From the NCBI GenBank assembly GCA_944392795.1, contig CALXXX010000034.1, positions 8,995 to 72,994 on the forward strand: 64,000 nucleotides of DNA. The letters are read 5' to 3'. The position numbers and the translations under genes were made by a program. Origin of the DNA: an uncultured Alphaproteobacteria bacterium (GTDB lineage Bacteria > Pseudomonadota > Alphaproteobacteria > CAAHEQ01 > UBA3637). This document shows positions 1 to 9,870 of this stretch, piece by piece (positions within the stretch are counted from its first letter, which is position 1; each line of letters begins with the position of its first letter). Under the pieces are notes generated by a model. That model saw only the letters and a list, made by a program, of their open reading frames with translations, had not been told where the DNA came from and did no database searches.

Positions 1-1085
1 CAAGGATTTTCTTGGCATTGTTTTATTCCTAAAGAAATACGACGTTTGCTTTGATCAACATCTAGAACAACGACATCTACTTCTTCACTGGTTGAAACTA
101 GTTTGGAAGGATGAATGTTTTTCTTTGTCCAACTCATTTCAGATACATGAACCAGTCCTTCAATTCCTTGATCGAGTTCAACAAAAGCACCATAATCTGT
201 AATATTGGTGATACGTCCTTTTAAATGCGTTCCGACAGGATATTTTGCATCAACACCTTCCCAAGGATCTGTCTCTAATTGTTTCATTCCCAAGGAGATA
301 CGTTGAGTATCCGGATTGAATTTAATGATTTGGACTTTAACATTTTGACCAACAGACAAAGCTTCTGAAGGATGATTAATGCGCTTCCATGAAATGTCTG
401 TCACATGTAATAAACCGTCAACTCCACCTAAATCAATAAAGGCACCGTAATCAGTGATATTTTTAACAACGCCATCGACAACTTGCCCTTCAGAGAGGTT
501 TTTAATAATCTCGGAACGTTGTTCGGAACGAGATTCTTCTAAAACGGCACGACGAGAAACAACGATATTTCCACGTAACTTATCCATTTTTAAAATTTGG
601 AAAGGTTGCGCTACACCGATTAAAGGAGTGACATCGCGAATAGGGCGAACATCAATTTGGCTGCCTGGTAAGAAGGCAACGGCACCGTTTAAATCAACAG
701 TAAAACCACCTTTGACGCGACCAAAAATGGTTCCGATAACTTGTTCTCCCTTTTCAAGAGATTTTTCGAGCTCAACCCAAGCTTCTTCACGACGTGCTTT
801 TTCACGTGAAAGAACGACTTGACCATCTTTGTCTTCATATTTGTCAACGAAGACATCAACTTTATCGCCAACTTTTAAGTCAGCATTAGCGCCAAATTCG
901 CGCAGAGCGATTCTGCCTTCAGATTTGAGTCCGACATCAATTGTTACAGAGTCATCATCAATTGCAACGATGGTTCCATTAACAACAGTACCTTGAAGTC
1001 CTTTGTCGGCACCCATAAATTCATCTAAAAGAGAAGCAAAATCTTCTTTAGAGACAGTAGTCTCAACATTTACAGAGTTATTCAT
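1..1085 (-). CDS. rpsA: 30S ribosomal protein S1 (runs off window start)
   Basis: Manual translation from CAT at 1083-1085: MNNSVNVETTVSKEDFASLLDEFMG..., with S1 motifs (VGLKSEGRI, DGLLHVTDISWKRINHP); downstream of cmk. Not in ORF track because it is truncated. Confidence 0.97.
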   Translation of the reverse strand, partial: MNNSVNVETTVSKEDFASLLDEFMGADKGLQGTVVNGTIVAIDDDSVTIDVGLKSEGRIALREFGANADLKVGDKVDVFVDKYEDKDGQVVLSREKARREEAWVELEKSLEKGEQVIGTIFGRVKGGFTVDLNGAVAFLPGSQIDVRPIRDVTPLIGVAQPFQILKMDKLRGNIVVSRRAVLEESRSEQRSEIIKNLSEGQVVDGVVKNITDYGAFIDLGGVDGLLHVTDISWKRINHPSEALSVGQNVKVQIIKFNPDTQRISLGMKQLETDPWEGVDAKYPVGTHLKGRITNITDYGAFVELDQGIEGLVHVSEMSWTKKNIHPSKLVSTSEEVDVVVLDVDQSKRRISLGIKQCQENP

Positions 1086-1143
1086 ACAAAATATCCTTTA
1101 CTTTTTATTTTTTTTCCTGCCATCCGGTTGGCTCCGACGGTCT

Positions 1144-1806
1144 TTAAATTAAACCTTTGCCTTTCATTTCTCTGAGGACAACGGCAAAGACATCATCCGC
1201 AGTCATCAAGGAAGTATCAAGGAACAGAGCATCTGATGCTGGTTTTAAAGGCGCAGCTTCACGATTGGTATCTCGCTCGTCGCGCTCCTTGACCTTTTTC
1301 AAGATTTCGTCGTATATAGCACAGATTCCTTTTTCTTGCAACTCTTTTAATCTTCTTTGTGCACGCACCTCAGCTGATGCTGTTAAAAAGATTTTCATTT
1401 GAGCATCAGGACAAACGACAGTACCAATATCTCGACCGTCTAAAATAGCGCCATCTGCAGATGTTCCATCTTCCTTTACCGGATTGAGTGCGAATCGACG
1501 TTGAAACTTTAATAAAATTTGACGAACTTCTGGAATGGCAGCGACTTTCGATGCGGCAGAGCCACATTCTTCTGTACGAATAGATGGATCTTTTTGTAAA
1601 CTTAAAATGCTCTCTGGAGATAGGCTTTCTGCAGCTTTTATGGCTTTTTCTTTATCTTCCGGATTTTGTTTTTCTTTAATTAAAATTTGTCCAACAGCTC
1701 TAAATAGAGCACCTGTGTCTAGGTATGCGAGGTTAAATCTTTTTGCTAAATTGGCAGCTAAAGTTCCTTTTCCTGCTGCCGATGTTCCATCAATTGCAAT
1801 AATCAT
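1144..1806 (-). CDS. cmk: cytidylate kinase
   Basis: IAIDGTSAAGKGT P-loop, DGRDIGTVVCP, RDERDTNR; upstream of rpsA. Confidence 0.97.
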   Translation of the reverse strand: MIIAIDGTSAAGKGTLAANLAKRFNLAYLDTGALFRAVGQILIKEKQNPEDKEKAIKAAESLSPESILSLQKDPSIRTEECGSAASKVAAIPEVRQILLKFQRRFALNPVKEDGTSADGAILDGRDIGTVVCPDAQMKIFLTASAEVRAQRRLKELQEKGICAIYDEILKKVKERDERDTNREAAPLKPASDALFLDTSLMTADDVFAVVLREMKGKGLI

Positions 1807-1931
1807 CGTTTCTCCTTTTAAAAAATGATAAAAACATCATATTTTTAAAATTTTATGTTGACAAGAGGAAAATATAGTAGCATACGCATTCTTGAGAAGA
1901 ATATTTTACTTTAATGATAACGGAGAGAAAT

Positions 1932-2276
1932 ATGGCGAAACCAGAATGGGGAACAAAAAGAAAATGCGTCGGTTGTGGTACTTTTTTTTATGATATGTGT
2001 AAAAAAGAGTTCGTTTGCCCAAAATGTGGTGCACAATATAATGCTGATGAATTTCATGAAGCTCACGCAAAGGCAATTTTAAAAAATGCAAAAAAGGATA
2101 TGCCTGAGAAAGAAGTTAATGAAGAAGAACTGATCGCAACAGTCGTTTCTGATGATGCTTTTACAGATGCCGAAGAAGCTGTGGATGTTTTGGAAGATGC
2201 TTCTGAATTGGGTGATGATAATCATGATATGGCTGAAGTGATGGATAACATCGGACTCAGTAATGACGAAGAATAA
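1932..2276 (+). CDS. FYDLN-acid (TIGR02300-like) Zn-ribbon protein
   Basis: MAKPEWGTKRKCVGCGTFFYD..CPKC plus acidic tail; start moved to ATG 1932 after GGAG. Confidence 0.9.
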   Translation: MAKPEWGTKRKCVGCGTFFYDMCKKEFVCPKCGAQYNADEFHEAHAKAILKNAKKDMPEKEVNEEELIATVVSDDAFTDAEEAVDVLEDASELGDDNHDMAEVMDNIGLSNDEE

Positions 2277-2850
2277 AACTTTTCCTTTTGTTTCAGGGCC
2301 TCTGGTTGATAAATGTTTGGTTGCCATGCCTGGAATGCGGGATCAGCGTTTTGAAAAAGCAGTTATTTATATTTGCTCTGATGATGAAAATCAAGGAACA
2401 ATGGGGCTTGTTATTAATAAGGTAGCTCATCATGTCGCTTTTTCAGAAATACTGTTGCAACTTAAACTGCCGTTGGGAGAGAAAAAGAATTATCCGCCTG
2501 TGTTAATAGGAGGACCAGTAGATTCTATTCGAGGTTTTATTTTACATTCATCGGATTATGGTAATGAACAGACAGTTCCTATTGCAAAAGATGTCTCATT
2601 AACAGCAACGACGGATATTTTAAAAGATATTGCAGATGGAAAAGGCCCTAAAAAGCATTTAGTAGCATTAGGGCATTCCAGTTGGGCAGCCGGGCAATTG
2701 GAAGCTGAAATCGCTGGTAATGCGTGGTTTGTTCTGCCAGCAGACGATGCTTTGCTATTTGATTGTCCTTTAAAGGAACGGTGGAAAACAGCATTGCTCA
2801 GATTGGGTGTCGATCCAGTTATGTTATCGTTAGAGCAGGGTAGTGTATGA
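2263..2850 (+). CDS. YqgE/AlgH family protein
   Basis: LVAMPGMRDQRFEKAVIY, GGPV, WAAGQLEAEIAGNAW. Confidence 0.95.
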   Translation: MTKNKTFPFVSGPLVDKCLVAMPGMRDQRFEKAVIYICSDDENQGTMGLVINKVAHHVAFSEILLQLKLPLGEKKNYPPVLIGGPVDSIRGFILHSSDYGNEQTVPIAKDVSLTATTDILKDIADGKGPKKHLVALGHSSWAAGQLEAEIAGNAWFVLPADDALLFDCPLKERWKTALLRLGVDPVMLSLEQGSV

Positions 2851-3701
2851 TGAATATAGCAGATGCCTATAAAGAAGGGAAAATAGGTCGTTTTGAGATT
2901 ATGCACTTTGCTGAGGTTTTAAGCGATTTAAATAAACAAAATCGTTATTCCTCTTTAAAAGAGGTTGAGTTTCGTGATGGGCATTTTCTTTTTCCTCAAA
3001 CAGACTTTATCAAGAAGAAAGAAGTCTTATTATATTTTTCTCTTTTTATGTCTGCAATTTTAACGATTACAGATAAAAGAATCGGTTCGATTTTCTTTAA
3101 TCATTATTTGGCTTGTCAAAATAATACTGATTTTTTCAAATTTCTTCCTAAAGCACGTAAAAAGCCATTTTTGGTTTGTTGCGGAGGGTTGTCTGGTAGT
3201 GGAAAATCTCGTGTTGCGCGCGAGATTGCCTGGCAGTTTCCTTGTCCTTTCGGAGCAGTTATTATTCGAGATGATATTGTTCGAAAACAGTTGGCAGGAG
3301 TTCGCTTTGATGTTGAACTAACAGATCAATACTATACTTCTCAGATGGAAAATCGAGTTTATAAAGAGATGCGTCGCCAGGCAAAACAGGCTTTAAAAGC
3401 AGGTTATTCAGTTATTATGGATGCTTTATTTTATAGCCCAAGAGAACGCTCTCTTGCAGAGAATTTAGCAAAACGAATGAATTTAAGAAGTGTCGGATTT
3501 TGGATGGAAGCACCCTTGCGAATTAGAGCTAAACGAGTTCAAGAAAGACTAAATAATCCTTCAGATGTTAAAACAAAAGAAGCTTTAAAAAAACAAGAAG
3601 AACAGGAATTGGGTGAGATTTCTTGGCATTATATTCGAACGGATGGAGAAAAAGACGAGACAATTCGTAAGGTTATGAAAATCGTTAAGAGGTATTTTTA
3701 A
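2847..3701 (+). CDS. AAA_33-type P-loop kinase with short divergent N-terminus
   Basis: GGLSGSGKS Walker A, DIVRKQL, VIMDA, R..NPSD. Confidence 0.8.
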   Translation: MMNIADAYKEGKIGRFEIMHFAEVLSDLNKQNRYSSLKEVEFRDGHFLFPQTDFIKKKEVLLYFSLFMSAILTITDKRIGSIFFNHYLACQNNTDFFKFLPKARKKPFLVCCGGLSGSGKSRVAREIAWQFPCPFGAVIIRDDIVRKQLAGVRFDVELTDQYYTSQMENRVYKEMRRQAKQALKAGYSVIMDALFYSPRERSLAENLAKRMNLRSVGFWMEAPLRIRAKRVQERLNNPSDVKTKEALKKQEEQELGEISWHYIRTDGEKDETIRKVMKIVKRYF

Positions 3702-3788
3702 AAAATACTTTTTTTGAAAAATCCTTGCAATTTTAAGACAAAGCCAATAAAATAACTTATTGTTCGTTGAATGATAGGGGGCTTTTGA

Positions 3789-5786
3789 ATGAAACGATTT
3801 GTAACTGGTGATTCGGTGTCTGTTTCTCGTGTTCAGGCAATCGCTGTAGCAGAAGATTTAACTTTGTTTCCATCAGAAAAAAAGCCTTTATTAGATGCTG
3901 TCAAACCAGATGATGCCCCGGAACATTTAATTTTGGTTGCGGATGATTTTAATGATGTTCGTTTGAAAGAACTTTTTTCTTTGCCAATTGAAGCTATTAT
4001 TGATGCTCAGGCAATGGATGATTCCATCCATGATTTTATGACAGGAATACAAAGACCTCAATTTGAGAAAAGCTTATCATTTCTTTTAACTTGTCCTGTT
4101 ATTTATAATTGCGATGTTGCTCAGATTTTTGTAAATGCTCTGAATAAAAGGCTTAATTTAACAGAGGATCGTTCTGCCGGAGTTCATATGGCTTTACATG
4201 AAGCAATTGTTAACGGTTTAATTCATGGTAATTTACAAATCAGTAGTGCATATCGACAATCAGCTCGTCTTTTTATGGAGTATGGTCGGATTTTAACAGA
4301 ACGCTTAAATGATCCAGCTTTTGCTCGAAAGAGTATTTATATTTCCGCTCATTGGAATGAGAGTAAACTTGAGATAAAAGTCAGAGATGAAGGTGCAGGA
4401 TACGTTATTAAAGATGCTCTGTATAATCGCTCCTTAGAAAATATGCACAATAAAACAGGGCGAGGGCTTTTGTTTATCGCCGGTATTGCAGATTCTTGCA
4501 CAATTGATGATTATGGTCGAGAAATGAATCTAACTTTTGATTTAAAAGAAGATTATACATCAGCAGAAAATGCTTATATTCATCCCGAAGAAGAGGAAGA
4601 TACTAATAGTCATCACGCATATATTCGTCCGAATGTAAGTGAGTGTCGTGTTTTAATTATTGAAGATAATTTATCTAATCAAACGATGCTTTATCGCTTG
4701 TTAAATGTTATTGGTATTAACATGGTCGAATGTGCAACGGATGGTATCGAGGGATTAAAGAAAGTTGAAACATTTAAGCCAGATTTAATTATTTTAGATA
4801 TAACAATGCCTCGAATGAATGGTTATGATGTATTACATCATTTAAAATCCTCTCCTACTACTCAAAATATTCCCGTTTTAATTGAAACGGCAAGTGATAC
4901 ACGAGAAGCACGTGATAAGACTTTTCGTACAGGTGCTACGGACTTTATTACCAAACCAATTAACCCTTTAGAGTTTTTCTCAAGAATTAAGGTTCATTTG
5001 GAAAATAGGTTGCTTATCAAACACTTAGAAAAACAACTTGAACAAATAGAAGAGGAATTGATTTCCGCTCAAAAAATGCAAAGAACTCTTTTGCCATCTG
5101 AGATGATGCTTCAGAATATTCATGAGAGGTATCATTTAGATTTTGCACAACATTTTGAACCTTCTTCCCGTTTGGGTGGAGATTTTTGGGAACTTATTCC
5201 ACTTTCTGAAACAAAGGTCGCTGTTTATATTTGTGATTTTTCCGGACATGGGATGTCAGCTGCGCTAAATACTTTTCGATTGCATGCTTTGATCACTCAG
5301 ATGGATCATTTGAATATTGAAATTCCGGCTTCCGCAATGGCCATGATGAATTCACAACTATTGACTCTCTTACCGCGAGGTCAATTTGCTACTTTCTTTT
5401 TGGCCGTTATTGATTTAGCAAAAAATATAATGACTTATTCTGCAGCTGGCGTGCCTAAGCCTGTTTTAGTCGTCGATGGAAAAGAGCGTCTTTTAAACGC
5501 AGACGGCATGCCTCTTGGTATTAGTAAGCATGCTATATATCATAATTATCAAACGCCTTTTCCAAAAGATGCTGAACTTTTACTTTATAGTGATGCATTA
5601 ACCGAATCTCCAAATAGGCAAGGAGAACGATTAGGGGAAGAAGCTTTTGCTCAAATGGCTTTGAAGCATATGTCAAATCCGGATGCTAAATCCGTTGTAA
5701 GCGCTCTTATGCAAGATTTTTTTGCCTATGCTCCACCTCCTCCTCCAGATGACGTGACTGTTGTCTTCTTACGTCGGGAGGCATAA
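3789..5786 (+). CDS. HATPase (RsbW-like)-REC-SpoIIE/PP2C partner-switching signalling protein
   Basis: LHEAIVNGLIHGN, DEGAG, GRGL; REC IIEDN..LDITMP..KP; PP2C GGDFW, DFSGHG, YSDAL, DDVT. Confidence 0.9.
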   Translation: MKRFVTGDSVSVSRVQAIAVAEDLTLFPSEKKPLLDAVKPDDAPEHLILVADDFNDVRLKELFSLPIEAIIDAQAMDDSIHDFMTGIQRPQFEKSLSFLLTCPVIYNCDVAQIFVNALNKRLNLTEDRSAGVHMALHEAIVNGLIHGNLQISSAYRQSARLFMEYGRILTERLNDPAFARKSIYISAHWNESKLEIKVRDEGAGYVIKDALYNRSLENMHNKTGRGLLFIAGIADSCTIDDYGREMNLTFDLKEDYTSAENAYIHPEEEEDTNSHHAYIRPNVSECRVLIIEDNLSNQTMLYRLLNVIGINMVECATDGIEGLKKVETFKPDLIILDITMPRMNGYDVLHHLKSSPTTQNIPVLIETASDTREARDKTFRTGATDFITKPINPLEFFSRIKVHLENRLLIKHLEKQLEQIEEELISAQKMQRTLLPSEMMLQNIHERYHLDFAQHFEPSSRLGGDFWELIPLSETKVAVYICDFSGHGMSAALNTFRLHALITQMDHLNIEIPASAMAMMNSQLLTLLPRGQFATFFLAVIDLAKNIMTYSAAGVPKPVLVVDGKERLLNADGMPLGISKHAIYHNYQTPFPKDAELLLYSDALTESPNRQGERLGEEAFAQMALKHMSNPDAKSVVSALMQDFFAYAPPPPPDDVTVVFLRREA

Positions 5787-6502
5787 TGGGGATTCGTTTG
5801 TATGTCGAACAAGATTTGGCAGAAAATATATGCTTTTCTCCTTCTGAAAATCACTTTCACTATCTTTTTCATGTTATGCGTCAGGGAAAAGGCAGTCAGC
5901 TTTTCTTGTTTAATGGACGTGATGGAGAGTGGTTGGCTTCTGTTGACGAGCTTTCTAAGAAAAAAGCTCTCATTCGTGTTTTAAAGCAATCTCGTGTTCA
6001 AGATGAAGAAAAATCATTGGATGTTTGGCTTTGTTTTGCGCCTATCAAAAAAGATAAAATGGAATGGTTAATTGAAAAAGCAACAGAATTAGGCGTTTCA
6101 AAGTTTGTTCCGGTTATCACGCATCGAACTGTTGTGTCTCACTTTAATTCAGAAAAGTTGTTTTTAAGAGCAATAGAGGCTGCTGAACAGTGTGAACGAC
6201 TTTCAGTCCCTTCTATTGAAAAAGCAATCAATTTGGATGCTTTTTTAAATTCTTTTCCCGAAGAAAGAACTCTTTTTTATTTGAATGAACGTGGTGAAGG
6301 AGAAATTTTAAAACCTCCGGTGCGTCCTGTCGCTTTCCTGGTCGGACCAGAAGGAGGTTTCGAAAGCTCAGAAATACAAAAATTAGCACAATCTCAACAT
6401 TCTGTCAGTTTGAACTTAGGCTCCAGAATTTTAAGAGCTGAAACAGCTGGAGTTGCTATTTTGGCTGCATGGAATCAATGTTTGGGGTGGCGTGATAAAT
6501 AA
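5786..6502 (+). CDS. rsmE: 16S rRNA m3U1498 methyltransferase
   Basis: EKATELGV, EAAEQCER, VGPEGGF, LGSRILRAETA. Confidence 0.97.
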   Translation: MGIRLYVEQDLAENICFSPSENHFHYLFHVMRQGKGSQLFLFNGRDGEWLASVDELSKKKALIRVLKQSRVQDEEKSLDVWLCFAPIKKDKMEWLIEKATELGVSKFVPVITHRTVVSHFNSEKLFLRAIEAAEQCERLSVPSIEKAINLDAFLNSFPEERTLFYLNERGEGEILKPPVRPVAFLVGPEGGFESSEIQKLAQSQHSVSLNLGSRILRAETAGVAILAAWNQCLGWRDK

Positions 6503-6568
6503 GTATTGCAAAATATTTTGGAATGATTTAAAAAGAAAAAAGGTTATCAACATAAAGGTAGAATAAAC

Positions 6569-7534
6569 ATGGTAAATTCAAAACTATTCTTTTCAGTCAT
6601 GGCAAGTGCTTTTATTTTAAGCTCGTGGACTGCTGCAGCTCAGGTTGTTTCTCCTGACGCTGTCGTTGTTTGTCGCTCAAAGCAATGTAAGGCAGCTCAT
6701 TCTATGATGACACGTGAGTTCTTGTATAATAAATTAGGTTCAATGTTGGCTAATAACATTAACCGTCGCGTTTTGCTTTGCGATGCGGATCCATCTGTAA
6801 AAGTATGTTTAAATGATGGTATAGAATTTAATGTCCAAGCTGGTGTTGCTGGTTCTTTGGTAACTATTCCGTCTGCCAGAGTGATTGATACAAAACCATC
6901 AGATCAACCCTCTACATTGACTTTTATCTTGGATTATAAAATTAATGTAAATGACACTTATCCGGAATGTCAGGCTTCTTTGAATGAGCTTGTTGTTTCT
7001 TCTCCTGATAAAATTACAGTTGAAGCTCCGGGATTTGAATGTCGTTTTACAGCAAATGGCGTCACTGCGGTTAATGCCACTTATAGTATTGATTATATTG
7101 ATTTTGATTATGGAATTTTAGGAGCTTACTACACCTTTGGTGTCGGACAGACCTCTCGTGGCGGTGGAACAGGATATGCGCTTTTGCGCTTTTCAGAGCC
7201 AGCCAATCCAAATAATGAACTGTTAGAAGGATGTGATTGTGCGTGTGATGATGCCTTAGTTCCACCTTGCCAATGTGAAGAACCAAAGACAATTATTCAT
7301 GAAAAAACAGTGACTGAATATGAAGTAGCTCCAATAGAGGTTATTGTTAAAACAAAAGCTCCGGTAGATGGGACTAAAACACAAGATATTAAAATCAATG
7401 GAGTAACAGTTCCCAATGTTCCCGTTGTTGTGGATACAGAATCTATACCTTCTCGAGAAATCATAGAAGAGACAGTAACGGAAGTCGCTCCAGGAGAGGT
7501 TTCTGTTAGTTCTAATAAAGAAATTTTAGAGTAA
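6569..7534 (+). CDS. secreted hypothetical protein with Cys-containing domain
   Basis: Signal peptide ending AAA-Q, several Cys, SD AAAGG, own terminator. Confidence 0.75.
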   Translation: MVNSKLFFSVMASAFILSSWTAAAQVVSPDAVVVCRSKQCKAAHSMMTREFLYNKLGSMLANNINRRVLLCDADPSVKVCLNDGIEFNVQAGVAGSLVTIPSARVIDTKPSDQPSTLTFILDYKINVNDTYPECQASLNELVVSSPDKITVEAPGFECRFTANGVTAVNATYSIDYIDFDYGILGAYYTFGVGQTSRGGGTGYALLRFSEPANPNNELLEGCDCACDDALVPPCQCEEPKTIIHEKTVTEYEVAPIEVIVKTKAPVDGTKTQDIKINGVTVPNVPVVVDTESIPSREIIEETVTEVAPGEVSVSSNKEILE

Positions 7535-7550
7535 ACTATTATAAAAGGTT

Positions 7551-7590
7551 AGCCCTTCCACCTCAGAAGGAACGGAAGGGCTTTTTTTTT
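7551..7590 (+). terminator. intrinsic terminator
   Basis: AGCCCTTCC...GGAAGGGCT followed by a long T run. Confidence 0.75.
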
Positions 7591-7601
7591 GGAGAGAAAA
7601 A

Positions 7602-8855
7602 ATGGTAAAGGTTACACAACTATCAAATAAAATTCGTGTATTAACAGATGAAATGCCTGATGTGGAGACGGTTTCTTTGGGAATTTGGGTCTCGGTAGGC
7701 GCTCGTTATGAAGAAGAAAAAATCAATGGTATTTCTCATTTGTTAGAGCATATGGCTTTTAAAGGAACAACATCTCGTTCAGCTTTAAAAATAGCAGAAG
7801 AAATTGAAAATGTCGGAGGCATTATTAATGCTTATACTTCTCGAGATGTGACGGCTTATTATGTAAAAGTCTTAAAAGAGAATACCAAATTGGCTTTGGA
7901 TATTTTGACAGATATTTTTCAAAATGCAACGATGGATGAAGAAGAATTAGAGCGAGAAAAAGGTGTTATTATTCAAGAAATTGGTCAAACATATGATGCT
8001 CCGGACGATGCAGTTTTTGAGTATTATCAAAGTACTGCTTATCCAAATCAAGCTTTTGGGCGGTCTATTTTGGGAACGACTCAAACAGTTTCTGATATTT
8101 CAAGAGAAACTTTATTATCTTATATGCATGATGAATATACTGCACCACGTGTTATTGTTTCTGCCGCCGGGAACATTAAACATGAAGAGTTGGTTGCAGA
8201 GATAGAAAAATTGATGACAAAACTGAAATTAACAGGAGGTCGTCAAATGTCAGCGGCGTGTTATGAAGGTGGGGAGTATCGAGAAGAAAAGAAAATAGAG
8301 CAGGTTAATTTGGTTTTAGGTTTCCCTTGTGTAACCTACAGTCATCCTTTGTATTATGCACAAACAATATTATCTACTCTTTTGGGGGGAGGTATGTCAT
8401 CTCGCCTTTTCCAAGAGATTCGAGAAAAAAGAGGCTTAGTTTATGCTATTTATGCTTTTGCTTCAGCATATGAAAACGGAGGGACTTTTGGTATTTTTGC
8501 TGGGACAGGAGAAAAACAAGCAGCAGAACTTTTACCTGTTGTCTGTGATGAGTTGAAAAAGGTTAGTGATACTTTAAAAGAAGAGGAAATTGAACGAGCA
8601 AAGGCTCAGCTACGGGCGCATGTTTTGATGAAACGTGAAAGCACATCTGCTCGGGCAGAAAGTAATGCAAGAAGTATGGCTATTTATGGGCGGGTCATTT
8701 CAAAAGAAGAAACCATACAACGTATCAACGAAGTAGATGTACATATGCTGAAACAGATTGCGGATTATTTATTTACACAAAAGCCAACTTTAGCTTCTTT
8801 GGGACCTGTAAGTCATGTGATGAGCTATGAAAAGTTGTTAGAGACTTTAAAATGA
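7602..8855 (+). CDS. M16 family zinc peptidase
   Basis: HLLEH inverted zincin motif, SSRLFQEIREKRGLVY. Confidence 0.95.
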   Translation: MVKVTQLSNKIRVLTDEMPDVETVSLGIWVSVGARYEEEKINGISHLLEHMAFKGTTSRSALKIAEEIENVGGIINAYTSRDVTAYYVKVLKENTKLALDILTDIFQNATMDEEELEREKGVIIQEIGQTYDAPDDAVFEYYQSTAYPNQAFGRSILGTTQTVSDISRETLLSYMHDEYTAPRVIVSAAGNIKHEELVAEIEKLMTKLKLTGGRQMSAACYEGGEYREEKKIEQVNLVLGFPCVTYSHPLYYAQTILSTLLGGGMSSRLFQEIREKRGLVYAIYAFASAYENGGTFGIFAGTGEKQAAELLPVVCDELKKVSDTLKEEEIERAKAQLRAHVLMKRESTSARAESNARSMAIYGRVISKEETIQRINEVDVHMLKQIADYLFTQKPTLASLGPVSHVMSYEKLLETLK

Positions 8856-8876
8856 TCGTAATATTATAAAAAATAC

Positions 8877-8905
8877 AAAAAGGCTTCGTTAAAAGAAGCC
8901 TTTTT
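8877..8905. terminator. bidirectional terminator
   Basis: AAAAAGGCTTC-loop-GAAGCCTTTTT between convergent genes. Confidence 0.8.
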
Positions 8906-8921
8906 ATTTCGAATTTTCAAC

Positions 8922-9791
8922 TTATACACATCTTAATGCTTTTTTCTGATGTCCTAAATCCCAGAAGATTTGAGTAGAGGCTTTGGAGGCATCACAACAA
9001 CCATCTTTTGTATAAACTTTTCCCATTGGACAGCACGCATCATTAAATGTATCAACATCCCATCCGCCATCTCCATTTGGAACATATGAATAATAAGCAG
9101 AAGCTATTTCATCCGAATTACAACATCTTCCACTTGAAGCAGTCGCTCCTTCAGGGCAACATAATCCTTTTGATTTATTGGCGGCTAAAGTATATTGAGG
9201 GTTATCTCCTGGTTGGCAACAAGTTTCAAAAGTAGAGCCTGGTGTACAACATTTAAGACCTCGATAGGGCTTTTGCAAATACCAGTGCTCACCGGATACC
9301 ACTTCCATATTAGAAGGGCAACAACCCAGCGTTCTGCCAAGATAGCTGGCTGCAAGAGAATAAAAGGGATTTTCTCCTGGGTAACAACATACACTCGATG
9401 TATTCGTTTCATCGTAACTACTTGTAGGTTGCGGATAAACATAAGTCATTTCCATCATGCCAGGGAGACAGCATCCTCGACCTTGATATTGAGAGCCTGA
9501 ATCCGCTGCATAATCAACATCTTCTGAACAACAATAGCGATTTCCTTTTATATCTTTAAGTGCTTTTGGTGTTGGTTCTTGACAACAAGCCCACTGATAC
9601 TGACTAATTTCGTAAGGCATTCCATTACAACAAGCAGAGCCGGATCCATTCCAATATGCCGTTTCATTTTCTTTACAAACTCTGTAGGCTTGTCGTTGAA
9701 TGGTTTCAGCATAACTAACACTTATCACATTGCTAAAAATCGCTAAGCTTATAGCGATAGAACAGTAAAGGCGAGAAAAAAATGTCTGCAT
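8922..9791 (-). CDS. secreted Cys-rich protein with 12 CC doublets
   Basis: Start moved to ATG 9791 after AAGGAG; signal peptide ..SYA-E; repeated xCCxxG units. Confidence 0.8.
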   Translation of the reverse strand: MQTFFSRLYCSIAISLAIFSNVISVSYAETIQRQAYRVCKENETAYWNGSGSACCNGMPYEISQYQWACCQEPTPKALKDIKGNRYCCSEDVDYAADSGSQYQGRGCCLPGMMEMTYVYPQPTSSYDETNTSSVCCYPGENPFYSLAASYLGRTLGCCPSNMEVVSGEHWYLQKPYRGLKCCTPGSTFETCCQPGDNPQYTLAANKSKGLCCPEGATASSGRCCNSDEIASAYYSYVPNGDGGWDVDTFNDACCPMGKVYTKDGCCDASKASTQIFWDLGHQKKALRCV

Positions 9792-9870
9792 TTTTACTCC
9801 TTTTTTTGTTATTATAAACGAATACCCTAAAACCGCAATAGGAGTTTTAGTCTTTGTTTTAAGAAAATTT

